Notes: generated by a model not told the origin, from the letters alone. A stretch of DNA of 64,000 nt from Candidatus Micrarchaeaceae archaeon (GCA_035531715.1 DATKSI010000031.1:9673-73672), one strand, 5' to 3'. Counted from the stretch's first letter, positions 39,820 through 50,430 are shown. Made by a program: numbers and translations.

Positions 39820-40833
39820 ATGAACGTCGACCGGACGGCAGTCCGGCTGGCCAGAATTCGCACCGCTCTCCCTTACCTGGTTGGTCTAGGTGTCGTCATC
39901 GCACTGGTGGTGGCGGTGAATCCGGTGCGCTTTGGAGAAGCCGCGAGCCGGTTCAATCCCGTCTACGCCCCGATCGTGGCAGCCTTCTCGTTCGGTTACT
40001 ACCTGCTGCAGGGAGTGCGCTGGCAACCGCTCCTGTTGGCCGTGGGCGTTCGTCTTCGACTGCGAGACACCGTCACCCTCAACTTTGCTGGTCAGGCCGC
40101 GGGCCTGCTGCCCGGGGGGGAGCTGACTCGCGCGGTCCTGGTGAGTGAGGTCGCCCATGTCGAATTGGGGGCGACTATCGCCACCATCACCGTCCAGGAG
40201 CTGATCTACACCGTCCTGCTGATCGCCGCCGCGATTCCAGGAGCGCTGCACCACACCGTCGCCGCGGTCGGGGTTTCGATCGCCTTGGCCGGCGTGCTAG
40301 CGATCACGGGCATCCTCACCCTGCAGCCGGTTTTTGAAATAGTGGTCGGCCTGATTCGCCGGGCACCGATCTTGAATCGCTTCGTCCCGGACATCGTGGA
40401 ACTCCAGCGCGACACGGTCAGCCTGCTCCGGCGCTGGGACACGCTCTCCTGGTCGGTAGTGAGTGCGGTCCAGGCGGTGGGGACCATCACCATGTTCTGG
40501 CTGGTCATCCAGGCCATCGACCCGGGCCAAGTCAGCTGGCCGAACGCTGCCTTCGCGTATACCGTGGCCTCGATCGGAGGTGCACTGTCGCTGGGTCCCG
40601 GCGGCCTCGGAGGCTTCGAGGCAGCCGGAGTAGGCATGCTGCTGGTGGTCGGCGTTCCCTTTCAGATCGCAGTCGCCGCCACGGTGCTCCAGCGCGCGGC
40701 CGACAAGGGCCTCGGGACCGTGTACGGGTCGGTCGCCTACCTATACGCTCGCCAGCACTTCGGCCTCAAGCGGGCCCGAGTCATCCGGCATGGCCAGCGG
40801 CGCGGACGTCAGGGCAACCCCGAGCGGAAGTAA
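39820..40833 (+). CDS. flippase-like / lysylphosphatidylglycerol synthase TM-region family membrane protein (UPF0104)
   Basis: 337 aa, about 8 TM helices, with the conserved …LLQGVRWQPLL… and …GPGGLGGFEAAG… segments. Confidence 0.75.
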   Translation: MNVDRTAVRLARIRTALPYLVGLGVVIALVVAVNPVRFGEAASRFNPVYAPIVAAFSFGYYLLQGVRWQPLLLAVGVRLRLRDTVTLNFAGQAAGLLPGGELTRAVLVSEVAHVELGATIATITVQELIYTVLLIAAAIPGALHHTVAAVGVSIALAGVLAITGILTLQPVFEIVVGLIRRAPILNRFVPDIVELQRDTVSLLRRWDTLSWSVVSAVQAVGTITMFWLVIQAIDPGQVSWPNAAFAYTVASIGGALSLGPGGLGGFEAAGVGMLLVVGVPFQIAVAATVLQRAADKGLGTVYGSVAYLYARQHFGLKRARVIRHGQRRGRQGNPERK

Positions 40834-41778
40834 TGGCACCGGCGCGAGCGCCGCTCATGGTGAAGCAACCACCTACCCGATTCGCCGGTGACGGGCCCCG
40901 AGTTCCCGATGGCACGCTTGCTCCCGACGACCGTCACCTTGCGCGACCGCGCGCGCCTGGTGAATCGCGGCTCGCATCAAGTTTTGGCCCAATATTCCTG
41001 ATAATCCCGGGACCCCTGACGCGCTGACCTACGCCCCGAGCGCGGGGGTACGGTTCTCCTGACAATTGTTCGGTGGGCATCCCCCAGGTCATATTTGCGG
41101 AGGCTCGACTAAGTGCAGCCATCCGGCCAGCTCCCAGCAGTCCACGAGGAGGCTCGCAATAAAGTCGCTGGTCGCTGGTCGCCGTCCGCCATTTCCGAAT
41201 CATTGGGGTCTGCCACCGGTCCGTGCCGGTTTGCGCCCTAGGCCAGGCTGCCTCATTTCGCCATGGTCCAGGCCAGATGCTCACGAGTCGGCATATAAGC
41301 GTCGCTTATGTGTTTCGCATGCACGGTGTTGATGCTGCGGCTAATGCCGCTACCGCTAGTTTCCGCACCGTGGGGTTTTGCTGGGATCGTGGTCAACATC
41401 AATTGCCCCGTAAATCGCTGGACAAAATTGGTGCCGCCGTTGTGTACGCCACCGGACCGACCGTGACAGATGGACCAGTTATTGTCGGCGTTGCGGGAGT
41501 CCTCTCCCCTCCCGCGCCGCCCACTCCGGTCAGGCTCCAGTGTCGACTCCACATGACCTGTCAAGGAGACAGCGGCTCCGACGAGTTCACAGCGATGGCC
41601 ACCCCCCCTTCCTACGACCAGCGGGCCGTTGCTGTGGACTCACCTTGTCTTGGGAAGGGTCCCTCGCCACCCGGCGAGTAGTCAGGTGGTCGCACGGGGA
41701 TGATCCCCGCCCGAGTTGGCTGGAGTCGGCGGAAAGCCTAGGGGATCACTGGCCAACCCAGCTCCCGGGTCGAGGGGA

Positions 41779-42522
41779 CTAGGCTCGGGCAGTCGCGTAG
41801 GCGGGGAACAGGGTCACCTTATCGAGCTCCGTCTTAATGACCCGGTAGCACTCGCAGGAGGCGCTCTCCAGTCCGGGCCGGTCAACGATCTCAACATGAC
41901 CGCGGTGGTACTGGATCAGCCCCGCCTTCTGGAGCACCCCCGCGGACAGCGTCACCGTGGCCCGACGGGACCCCAGCATCTGGGCAAGGAACTCCTGAGT
42001 TATCAGGAACTTGTCGGCGCCGATTCGATCGTGGCTCATCAGCAGCCACCGGCTAAGGCGCTCCTCATTGGTGTGAAGGCGATTGCAGGCGGCCGCTTGG
42101 GAGATTTGCCCGAATAGCGCCAGAACATAGGCCTGGACCAGCTGGGAGATCGCCCGACTGGAACCCATGGCCTCCAGGAACGCTTCGGCGGAAGTCGTCA
42201 GGCAGCGGCCGGCGACCTGGGAGATCGCGCGAACCGCGAGGGTGCCACCGAAGATGAGGGGCACGCCCACCACCCCTTCGTTGCCGACGGTCGCCACCTC
42301 GACAATGGCGCCGTCCTCGAGAGGAGTGACCAGGGAAATCACCCCGTCCAGAGGAAAGTAGACGGCGTCCACTACCTGGCCCGGTTCAAAGAGGACCGTC
42401 TTGACCCTTAGAAATACCGGCGACAGCCTGGCCATGAGACGGCCTCGGTCCTCCGGCGGCAAGCAAGCCAAGAGTCGATTCTCGTGGATCGCGTCCGTCT
42501 GCCCGTTTTCCCACTCGTTCAA
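41779..42522 (-). CDS. Crp/Fnr family transcriptional regulator (cNMP-binding domain plus C-terminal HTH)
   Basis: cNMP-binding beta-roll (…LFEPGQVVDAVYFPLDGVISL…) and HTH (…ITQEFLAQMLGSRRATVTLSAGVLQKAGLI…). Confidence 0.85.
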   Translation of the reverse strand: MNEWENGQTDAIHENRLLACLPPEDRGRLMARLSPVFLRVKTVLFEPGQVVDAVYFPLDGVISLVTPLEDGAIVEVATVGNEGVVGVPLIFGGTLAVRAISQVAGRCLTTSAEAFLEAMGSSRAISQLVQAYVLALFGQISQAAACNRLHTNEERLSRWLLMSHDRIGADKFLITQEFLAQMLGSRRATVTLSAGVLQKAGLIQYHRGHVEIVDRPGLESASCECYRVIKTELDKVTLFPAYATARA

Positions 42523-43090
42523 GGACCAAACTCCCGTCTAACCGGGCCCGGGGTTCGCCAGCGGACCGACTCCGAGCCTCGCTCCCGGTAGTGTATCTCA
42601 ATCCGGTGGACTGGTTCTGGTCTTCTGACAAACAGCTGTTCCCCTCCAGGCACAGCCACAGAGGAGCGATCTTTGCTCCGTTCCGACGACCGCAAGGCGC
42701 GGGACGCGCCCTGACCATCGCCTGAGCAGCTCAGGCGGGCGACCAACCGCGCTCGGAGTTGAACTGCGCCGCCGAAAGAATGGGTGACCTCCCGGCGGAC
42801 GCGCGCGATCTTCTGCTTGATGACCTCCTCGGCCGGTGGCACCTTGTCCTCACCCGGGAGGAAACCGCGCTCGAAGAGTCAACCGATGCGACGGACGGAT
42901 GGATGAGCATGGACCAGATCAACGCCCAGAATTACCAGCCGGCGGAGAGCATGCCTCTGGGGAGCTATGTCCAGCGGATGGGTATAGGCGACCAGGTCGC
43001 CGGCGCGGCTGACGAGTCGGTGGAGGTGGTGCTGGCCGATGTGGCAGCCCGGGCCCTGGTTTGCTTTCGCCAAACCATGCCGGTAGGTAA

Positions 43091-43403
43091 TTCGTTCCGA
43101 AGCAGCTCGAGTGGCTCGGGAGGCGGCCGCAGCGTTTGGCACAGCTGGGTGCGGGGCCCCGTCGTCGAGCAGCGATTCTGTCAGCCTATCTGCGGGCGGA
43201 GCAGGGGCTCGGTCGCGTCCGGAGCGACACGGATTCGGACGCCGCCGCCGCGCTACTCCTGGGCGCCTGATTTCACGCTGCATTCCTAAAGGCCTTTCTC
43301 GACGACATGCCACAGGCTGATTCCCGCTTTGCCCGCGCGATCGCTCACCTGTTGATGGTTGGAGTCCAACAAACGGAGCAGAGCCCGCTGACTCGGACCG
43401 AGG
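43091..43403 (+). pseudogene. remnant of a TetR/AcrR-like regulator C-terminal region, interrupted by an in-frame TGA
   Basis: A single frame reads …AAILSAYLRAEQGLGRVRSDTDSDAAAALLLGA*FHAAFLKAFLDDMPQADSRFARAIAHLLMVGV…, with TGA at 43268-43270. No intact N-terminal HTH was found upstream. Confidence 0.3.
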
Positions 43404-43912
43404 GCAGCCGTTCCAGCGACTAGCCCGCCGCGATACCTCAGCTTGATTACCCGGGAGCGATTCGCTTCGTTCCCTCTCGGCGCCGCCCGCCTACCATGCC
43501 CGCCATTCCTTTCGGCAACCGGAGCGCGGCCGGACTACCGGTGGTGCCGCCACACCGCGGTAAGACAACCCGGGCGCTGAAGTAGTGGCAACACGGGTTT
43601 TCGCCCGACAAACTCCGCGGTGCAGGCCCATCATGGTCACTTGGAAGGGCCATCGCCTACTCAGAGGGGGCCATGCCCTTGGGGGTGGTTGGAGTCGAAG
43701 TCACCTGTTCTACCGCTATTCGACGCAGCTCGAGGCGTTCCCGGGGAGGCTGCCCTGAAGTTCCGGCGCCGGACAAGCTCTCGGATCGGTGCCCGAGCGT
43801 GCCCTGGCGGGGACGGCACCCCCTTTGACCAGCAGGCTGCAGGTGTCCCGCGAGACTACCGTCGCCCGCTGTATCGTCGACCGAGTATTCGACTACGCGT
43901 GGGGACAGGATT

Positions 43913-44947
43913 ATGAAGTTGGGAATCCTGACCGGCGGCGGCGATGCGCCGGGACTGAACGCGGCTATTCGGGCCGTGGCGCTCTGCGCTTTCGCCGACC
44001 GATCCCAGGTGGTCGGGATCCGCAACGGCTGGGCGGGTTTGACTGGGGACACCGATGTGTGGGCGCTCCGCCCGGAGGACGTGACCGGAATTCTGAGTCG
44101 AGGCGGCACCATCCTTGGCACATCCCGGATCAACCCCCTAGCAGACACGGGAGTGATGGAGGCGGTCGCCGCCAACATCTCTCGACTGGGGATCGACGCG
44201 TTGGCGGTGATGGGAGGGGACGATACGCTCTCCGTGGCTGCCGCTCTAGCGGAGCGCGGTGGACCCGTGGTGGGTGTTCCCAAGACCGTGGATAACGATC
44301 TCCAGCAGACTGAGTACTGCATCGGTTTCGACAGCGCGGTCGCGATCGTCACCGAGGCCGTGGATCGCCTGCACATAACCGCCGCATCGCATCACCGGGT
44401 CATGGTGGTGGAAGCCATGGGCCGCGAGGCCGGTTGGGTGACGCTCATGGGCGGTCTAGCCGGCGGAGCCGACCTGATCATCATCCCCGAATTCGCGGCT
44501 GACCTCGGGGGCGTAGTCGAGCATCTCCACTCGCGACGCGGCCGGGGGAAGTCCTACAGCATCATCGCGATCTCCGAAGGCGCGAGGGTCGCCGGCTTGC
44601 CCGAGCCGTCCATCGAAAACGAGTCTCTGGATGCCTTCGGCCATCTCCGGCTCAGCCGCCGGGGGATCGGCGAGCGTCTCGGCGGTCAGTTGGAAGCCCA
44701 CACGGGATTTGAGACCAGGGTCACCGTCTTGGGTCATACCCAGCGCGGTGGTACTCCTACGGCCTACGACCGGATCTGGGCGACTCGCGTGGGCGCGGCC
44801 GCGTATGAATTAGCCAAGGCAGGCGAATTCGGGAAAATTCCGGTCAAGCACGGTGACACCACCGCGGTGAGTCGGATAGCGGAAGTGGTCGCTGGGCCCC
44901 GACTCGTGCCCGAGCATCTCTATCGCTTAGCGCAAATCCTTTACTGA
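43913..44947 (+). CDS. pfk: 6-phosphofructokinase (ATP- or PPi-dependent)
   Basis: MKLGILTGGGDAPGLNAAIRAV…, GGDDTL, PKTVDNDL, MGREAGW motifs. Confidence 0.9.
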   Translation: MKLGILTGGGDAPGLNAAIRAVALCAFADRSQVVGIRNGWAGLTGDTDVWALRPEDVTGILSRGGTILGTSRINPLADTGVMEAVAANISRLGIDALAVMGGDDTLSVAAALAERGGPVVGVPKTVDNDLQQTEYCIGFDSAVAIVTEAVDRLHITAASHHRVMVVEAMGREAGWVTLMGGLAGGADLIIIPEFAADLGGVVEHLHSRRGRGKSYSIIAISEGARVAGLPEPSIENESLDAFGHLRLSRRGIGERLGGQLEAHTGFETRVTVLGHTQRGGTPTAYDRIWATRVGAAAYELAKAGEFGKIPVKHGDTTAVSRIAEVVAGPRLVPEHLYRLAQILY

Positions 44948-45341
44948 GCACCCGGCGCGGATGGGCAGTTGGACTGCGCCGACCGCGGACGACTCAGTTG
45001 ATAGCATTTTGGCTCAACCGCTCCTTCCTCGGAATTGGGCGCGGTCCACTGGCTGAGGAGAGGCTCCAGGGCTGCTCCGCCATCATCCGGCCGACCGTCC
45101 CACTCCGTGAGACCGGCCGGCCTCCGGTGATAAGACACGCCTGGACAAGGAAGACGCCGGCGCGGGACACTCCCCGACCGGCGCCTCCCACCGCCGCCAT
45201 CCTATCCAGGCGGAATGGAGCTCCCTCGCTCTTGCGGAACCCGCCCGAGAGGTCAGCTTCCGGTGCCCTCTCCAGCCTGAGGCGGCGGACCTTTACCACC
45301 CTCCGGCCACCTCGGAGTCCTCTATCGGAAACTAAACGAGG

Positions 45342-45364
45342 GTGAGGCCGGCGCGGCCTCACCT
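45342..45364 (-). terminator. terminator-like hairpin downstream of the membrane protein gene
   Basis: GGTGAGGCCG-GCG-CGGCCTCACC 10-bp GC stem, followed on the minus strand by UCGUUUAGUUUCC. Confidence 0.45.
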
Positions 45365-45379
45365 TCGTATCCGCTGAGT

Positions 45380-45982
45380 TCAGCGAGCTGGCTGTACCCC
45401 ACCGACCCGTGCTGCGAACACTTCTTCGGTCGGAGCTACCCGGCGCATGTGCCAGAAGCCGACGAAGGAGAGAAGAATCAGCAGTCCAGCGAGTACAAAC
45501 GACACGATCGAAGCGACCAAGGCGATCGTCCCAAACACTGAGAATCCATAGGCCTCGAGAAGCATGCTTCGGAGCGTCGTACCTTGGAACGAGGTCTGGA
45601 CCTCCGCTGCCAAGGCGGCGTTGGTGGGGTTCGCCCTGGATGCGGCACTGACCTTGGAGTACACGCCGCTATAGGGCATCTCTGAGAGGTGGACCGCGAT
45701 GAAGTGGTCCGCATAAGCCTGAGCTTGGGCACCGGTAACCAAGTTTTGGCCGGCATACTGGAGGAGGTAGGGCTTCATTCCCGGGGTGATCTCAGTCCCG
45801 GCTTTCGCGTGCGCGAAGGCAGCCGCTGCCGGGAAAACGATGTCTTGCTTGGCCAACTGGCTGTGCACCTCGTTGGTGGTGAACACGGCCGCCCACATCA
45901 GCAGCGCTCCGGCCAAGATCAAAGTTAACGTCAGCCCTAGGCCAATGCCCGAAGAGATCAAATCGAATGTCTTGCGTCGCAT
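45380..45982 (-). CDS. hypothetical membrane protein (N- and C-terminal TM helices)
   Basis: 200 aa. Local GC is lower than the surroundings. A terminator-like hairpin lies 17 nt downstream. Confidence 0.6.
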   Translation of the reverse strand: MRRKTFDLISSGIGLGLTLTLILAGALLMWAAVFTTNEVHSQLAKQDIVFPAAAAFAHAKAGTEITPGMKPYLLQYAGQNLVTGAQAQAYADHFIAVHLSEMPYSGVYSKVSAASRANPTNAALAAEVQTSFQGTTLRSMLLEAYGFSVFGTIALVASIVSFVLAGLLILLSFVGFWHMRRVAPTEEVFAARVGGVQPAR

Positions 45983-46085
45983 TTCTCAACTCCTTGATTC
46001 GTAACTGCTGATCGACTTCCCTTACTTACTCTTCAGTTTTTCAATAAAGGCGACGGGTCGAAAGCGGGCTTTCATCGCTCGGCGC

Positions 46086-46202
46086 TTAGGGGTTTTCACC
46101 CGAGGCTCGTCGGCATTGCCGGTCGGCTACGGCGAAGTGGGCCATTTCACCGTCGTGGGGCGAGCCATTCAGGCGGACACGGACCGAGGTGAACGTCACA
46201 TC
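46086..46202 (-). pseudogene. truncated paralog-like copy (38 codons) of the small protein encoded at 13633-13887
   Basis: Reading from a GTG gives MTFTSVRVRLNGSPHDGEMAHFAVADRQ… This aligns to MCTYQTETVSLRGSGKGTQGWFSVTDAS… (T-[FY]-x-[TS]-x-x-V-x-L-x-G-S … [WH]-F-x-V-x-D). It sits in an ORF-poor stretch. Confidence 0.25.
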
Positions 46203-47047
46203 CCCAGCTCGGGGGCGAGCTCCCGCACTCGAGCAGGACCTCCGGGGGTTCTGCCCTTGCGCACCAGATGCGACCATGGTCAAGCGGCAGATCTTTCCAA
46301 CTGGCCACGACCACCAAGGCCGCCGCGGCTTGGCTTGAACCAAACGCTGACCACTTCCGCTCTCTATTCGGAATCGACACCGATACCGCTGACTCCGTGT
46401 CGGCTGCGGGCCCAAATCGCAGGGAAGCCATGGAACCGTCTCCGCCTTCTGCTTGAAAACCCAAGTGTCCGATTGGTGCTTCGCCTGAGCCCCCGTCGCA
46501 TCGACCGCGCGCCGTTAGCCGCCTTCGTGGATCGAGCCCCCTCAATCAGGCGCCGGGGGATCGGGACGCCAGCGGGCAAGCGGCAGCGGCAAATCCGGTC
46601 GCATCTACTCGGGGCCCATCCTCGGTCGCTTCCATGTCCACCTCGGAGGAGCAGCTGCGAATTGGGGTTGACGATGACTTCTCGGTCCATGTGGTCACGA
46701 CTCATGGCGGACGGCCGGCGGAGGCCGTGGGCGCTCGTGCATCCACCGAGTTGGGCATGGTCAACCCTCGCCCGGTCGCGGAGCCGCAATTCCCGAGCCG
46801 GCGAACTTGATGGGCTCGGCCGACAGCGGATCCCCAGTACCGGGAGTGCCTGAGCTAATGCCGACCTACCGACCGGCGTCTGGCTTTGACTCAAGGGGTC
46901 GACTACAGAGTGCCCATCGGTGGCGATGGGGCCGACCAGCACGGTCTGCGGCGCCGGACCGGCAGGCCCGATGACTTAAGATTGAGGGCTGCGGGAAATG
47001 CGGAATTGCGGCAGGCGAACCTGGTCAGTTGGCTTCCGAGCGGGCGC

Positions 47048-47593
47048 TCACGCGGGAGTCCAATCTACCCGACTGTTGAAGCGGAACCCCAAGGGACGGT
47101 GCTGCTCGACGCGAGCCCGCGGCCCGACTACCACGACCGGGCAGTGCGCTTCGCTGACGCAGCGTTGGGAAACGGAACCCAGCAGTAGGCCAATCAGTGC
47201 GGATCGACCCCGAGAGCCGACTACGAGTTCGGCGGCGTGCTTGCTCACCTCGATGAGGACTTCGGCCGCCGTCCCTTCCACCGCCTTGGCCTCAATCCGA
47301 ACCTGGGGATACTGTCGGGAGACCGCTCCGACAGCCTCAAGCAGGCTGGCTCGGTAGTCATCGTCGACCTCGGCGGGGGTCGGGAGCAGCGCTTCGGGAT
47401 AGGGACCGGCCACCAGGGTCGAACGGCTCAGGAATGTGGTGATCGCGAGGATTTTCATGCCCCGGCTCTCCGCCTCGGCGGCTGCCCATTCCAGGGCGTG
47501 TCGGCTAGCGACTGTTTGGTCCACACCGACCACAATCGGGTCAGCCGGAGCCGGAGGTTGGTAATTGGTAACGGGGACACCGACTGCACTCAT
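47048..47593 (-). CDS. universal stress protein (UspA family)
   Basis: USP fold with an ATP-binding type C-terminus (…LVVGSRGRSALIGLLLGSVSQRCVSEAHCPVVVV…). Confidence 0.8.
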   Translation of the reverse strand: MSAVGVPVTNYQPPAPADPIVVGVDQTVASRHALEWAAAEAESRGMKILAITTFLSRSTLVAGPYPEALLPTPAEVDDDYRASLLEAVGAVSRQYPQVRIEAKAVEGTAAEVLIEVSKHAAELVVGSRGRSALIGLLLGSVSQRCVSEAHCPVVVVGPRARVEQHRPLGFRFNSRVDWTPA

Positions 47594-48011
47594 TTTGGTC
47601 TCCCGCAGAGCTTCAGATTAATGGTTCATGGGAGCTAGTTCGACTACTCCATGGTCTGCTACCCACCGGCTTCAGTCTCGGAGAGGAACCTTCGAAATCG
47701 AGCGGGTGTATTCCCTCGCCAGCTGGCCGCCGGAAGTGCCTGAGCCTTCCGCCGTCGCCGTGAGCAGTGTGAAGGGCGAGGACAGCCATGGGTGGGTTCT
47801 GCGCGGCGGTCAGCTGCTCCGGTCCGACTGGTCTCACCCCGCCATCTGCCGGGACGGTGGTCAGCCGTTCACTCAGACTCCCGAGCCGGGCTGGCGCCCC
47901 GCGGCCCGGGAAGTAGCTATTCATTTGGGCTAGGTACCCCCGGGTCGGCCCCCCGGCACAACCTGGGTTCCTAGGCCCGGAGCAGCGCCGGGTAATATCC
48001 CGAGCCAGGAG

Positions 48012-49724
48012 ATGACCGTGAGGGACGAACGATCGGACCACGGCCAGGAGATCCCGCGGGGGGACCCCCGGGTTGCTCTGATCGAAGCCGGAGTCCTGCT
48101 GGCATCAGAGCTCTCACTGCCGGTGATCCTGCGGCGGCTGGTGGAAATCGCAGTTAGCATCACCGGCGCCCGCTATGGAGCGCTCGGAGTCACCGGCCCC
48201 AACGGCGGAGTCGCCCAGTTCATCACGGTCGGACTGGGCAGCGAGGAGCGCGCCGCGATCGGAGCCCTTCCGCAGGGCCGCGGAATCCTGGGCGCCCTGA
48301 TCCGTGACCCTCGCCCACTGCGCTTGGCCCGACTGCAGGATGACCCGCGTTCCGTGGGCTTCCCAGCGCACCATCCCAAGATGACCTCCTTCCTGGGCGC
48401 CCCGGTCAGGGCGAGGGGCAAAGTGTTCGGCAATCTCTACCTGACGAACAAGGTGGGCGGAGAGCCGTTCGATGCCGACGACGAGGGGGCGGCGGTGACG
48501 CTGGCGACCCAGGCTGGGGTGGCCATCGCCAACGCCCAGACGTTTGGGGAGTTGATCCAACGTGAACGCTGGCTGGGGGCCTTGCACGCAGTTACGGCTG
48601 CTCTGGTGGCTGGCCAGCCCCAGCACGGCTTGCTGACCACGATTGTCCGCAGTGCCAAAGAACTGGCCGGGGCAGACCTGGCCGCGATCGCCCTCCCGGT
48701 CGATGAAGGCTCGCCCGCGCTCAAGGTCTTTGCGGCCGAGGGCGTCGGTTCAGAGCAGCTGCTGCGCGCCCCTCCCAAATCGGCGGGCACCGCCTCACAC
48801 CTGGTGCTGCGCACCGGCCGATCCCAGACCCTGCGCTCAAGATCTGGCGAACTGGGCGGCACTCTGTTGGCCGGTGCTGGGGTTCCGCTCGGGGTTCTGA
48901 TGGTCGTGCCGCTGGGAATTGGGGGACGGGTCGACGGGACGATCAGCCTGGCGCTGTTGGAGCCGGAGGCGGAGTTCCGCCCAGACGCGGAGGCTCAGCT
49001 GGAGAGCTTTGCCGCCCAGGCCTCAATCGCTTTGGACTACGCGAGAGTCCAGGCCCAGTTACTCCACCTGGCGGTTGTCGATGAGCGCCACCGAATCGCG
49101 CGCGACCTGCACGATGAGCCGGTCCAGGCGCTGATCTATCTGGCTCGGCGACTCGAGTTCATGGCGAGCGAGTCTAGTGCGGAAGGAACCTCTTCGACCA
49201 AACTGGAGGAAACCAGAGAGGTGGCGGTGGCGGTGGCAGACGGTCTGCGGCAGCTAACCGAAGGTCTGCGATCCGACATCCTCGACCACGCAGGTCTGCC
49301 CGCCGCCCTGCTGGACCTGGTCCAGCGGTTCAGCTCGAGAGCCGAAGTGGCGGCGGACTTCTCGACTCGGGGAGCCCTGGGGCGATGGAACCAGGAGCTG
49401 GAGCGCGACCTCTTCCGCGTCGCCCAGGAGGCGCTGAGTAACGTCGAGCGTCACGCCCAGGCGAGCGAGGTCAGGGTTGACCTGATCGCCCGACCAGGCA
49501 GCCTCACGCTGCGGGTGGGGGACAACGGGATCGGATTCATCAGCGCCGGGAACGAAGCCGTTTCCCGTGGCTTGGGGACTCTCGGGATGCGAGAGCGAGT
49601 GGCGGGGCACGGAGGCCGGCTGATGATCAGATCCCGCTCCGGTCGGGGAACGATAGTGGCGGCGGTGGTGCCGAGCAGTCCAATTCCGGGCAACGGTGGC
49701 GACCCGCGAGCCCAGCACCCGTGA
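48012..49724 (+). CDS. sensor histidine kinase with tandem GAF domains (DevS/DosS/DosT-like; HisKA_3 plus HATPase_c)
   Basis: Two GAF-like regions. H-box ERHRIARDLHDEPVQAL, N-box QEALSNVERHA, G-box DNGIGF. Confidence 0.85.
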   Translation: MTVRDERSDHGQEIPRGDPRVALIEAGVLLASELSLPVILRRLVEIAVSITGARYGALGVTGPNGGVAQFITVGLGSEERAAIGALPQGRGILGALIRDPRPLRLARLQDDPRSVGFPAHHPKMTSFLGAPVRARGKVFGNLYLTNKVGGEPFDADDEGAAVTLATQAGVAIANAQTFGELIQRERWLGALHAVTAALVAGQPQHGLLTTIVRSAKELAGADLAAIALPVDEGSPALKVFAAEGVGSEQLLRAPPKSAGTASHLVLRTGRSQTLRSRSGELGGTLLAGAGVPLGVLMVVPLGIGGRVDGTISLALLEPEAEFRPDAEAQLESFAAQASIALDYARVQAQLLHLAVVDERHRIARDLHDEPVQALIYLARRLEFMASESSAEGTSSTKLEETREVAVAVADGLRQLTEGLRSDILDHAGLPAALLDLVQRFSSRAEVAADFSTRGALGRWNQELERDLFRVAQEALSNVERHAQASEVRVDLIARPGSLTLRVGDNGIGFISAGNEAVSRGLGTLGMRERVAGHGGRLMIRSRSGRGTIVAAVVPSSPIPGNGGDPRAQHP

Positions 49725-49770
49725 AATCACCTGGCCGCGGGCCGCACCGCGGCGCTACGCTCAGTCCGAA

Positions 49771-50430
49771 ATGAGTCTCTCGAAGATCTCTATCGTGGTG
49801 GTCGAGGATCACGCGTTGGTGCGTGAGGGGACCCGCCAAATCCTCGCGGGCGAAAGCGACTTCGATGTGATCGGAGAAGCCTCCAGGGGCGATGAGGCAG
49901 TTCAGGTTGTCCTCGCGACGCGCCCGGATGTGGTCCTGATGGATATGCGCATGCCGGGGATCAATGGGATCGAGGCCATCCGACAGATTCTGGTCGAAGC
50001 GCCGGAGACCAAGGTTGTCATCGTCAGCGCCCATGAGGACGAGGATTACGTCCGCGAGGCGCTGGCCGCGGGAGCGGTGGGGTACATCCTCAAGACCGCG
50101 CCGGCCCGGGAGTTGGTCGAGGGAGTCCGGGCGGTGGCCCATGGGTCACTGGTGCTCAGCCCCAGCCTGTCGCGACGGCTCACGCAGGCGAGATCGGACC
50201 CGACCCGGGCAACTGATCGCCTGAGCGCCCGGGAGCTGGCCGTGTTGCGCCAAATTGCCCAGGGTCGAGCCAATAAGGAGATCGCCCAAGAGCTGGGCAT
50301 CAGTCAGCGCACGGTCGAGGGACACCTGCACAACATTTTCGAGAAATTGCGCGTCAGCTCTCGGACCGAGGCGGTCATCTACGCCGCTAATCACGGGATC
50401 GTCTCGATCGAGCCCACCGAAGACCGGTGA
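49771..50430 (+). CDS. NarL/LuxR family response regulator (DevR/DosR-like)
   Basis: ATG at 49771 (MSLSKISIVVVEDH…). Receiver Asp context VLMDMRMPGINGIEA. C-terminal LuxR HTH (…LSARELAVLRQIAQGRANKEIAQELGISQRTVEGHL…). Confidence 0.9.
   Translation: MSLSKISIVVVEDHALVREGTRQILAGESDFDVIGEASRGDEAVQVVLATRPDVVLMDMRMPGINGIEAIRQILVEAPETKVVIVSAHEDEDYVREALAAGAVGYILKTAPARELVEGVRAVAHGSLVLSPSLSRRLTQARSDPTRATDRLSARELAVLRQIAQGRANKEIAQELGISQRTVEGHLHNIFEKLRVSSRTEAVIYAANHGIVSIEPTEDR

Noticed and set aside
43440-43912. Searched the long pfk leader for RNase P, SRP or tmRNA hallmarks
   Set aside because: None of the conserved motifs (GGAAAGUCCGG, AGGAAGCAGCC, tRNA-like 3-prime end) were found.
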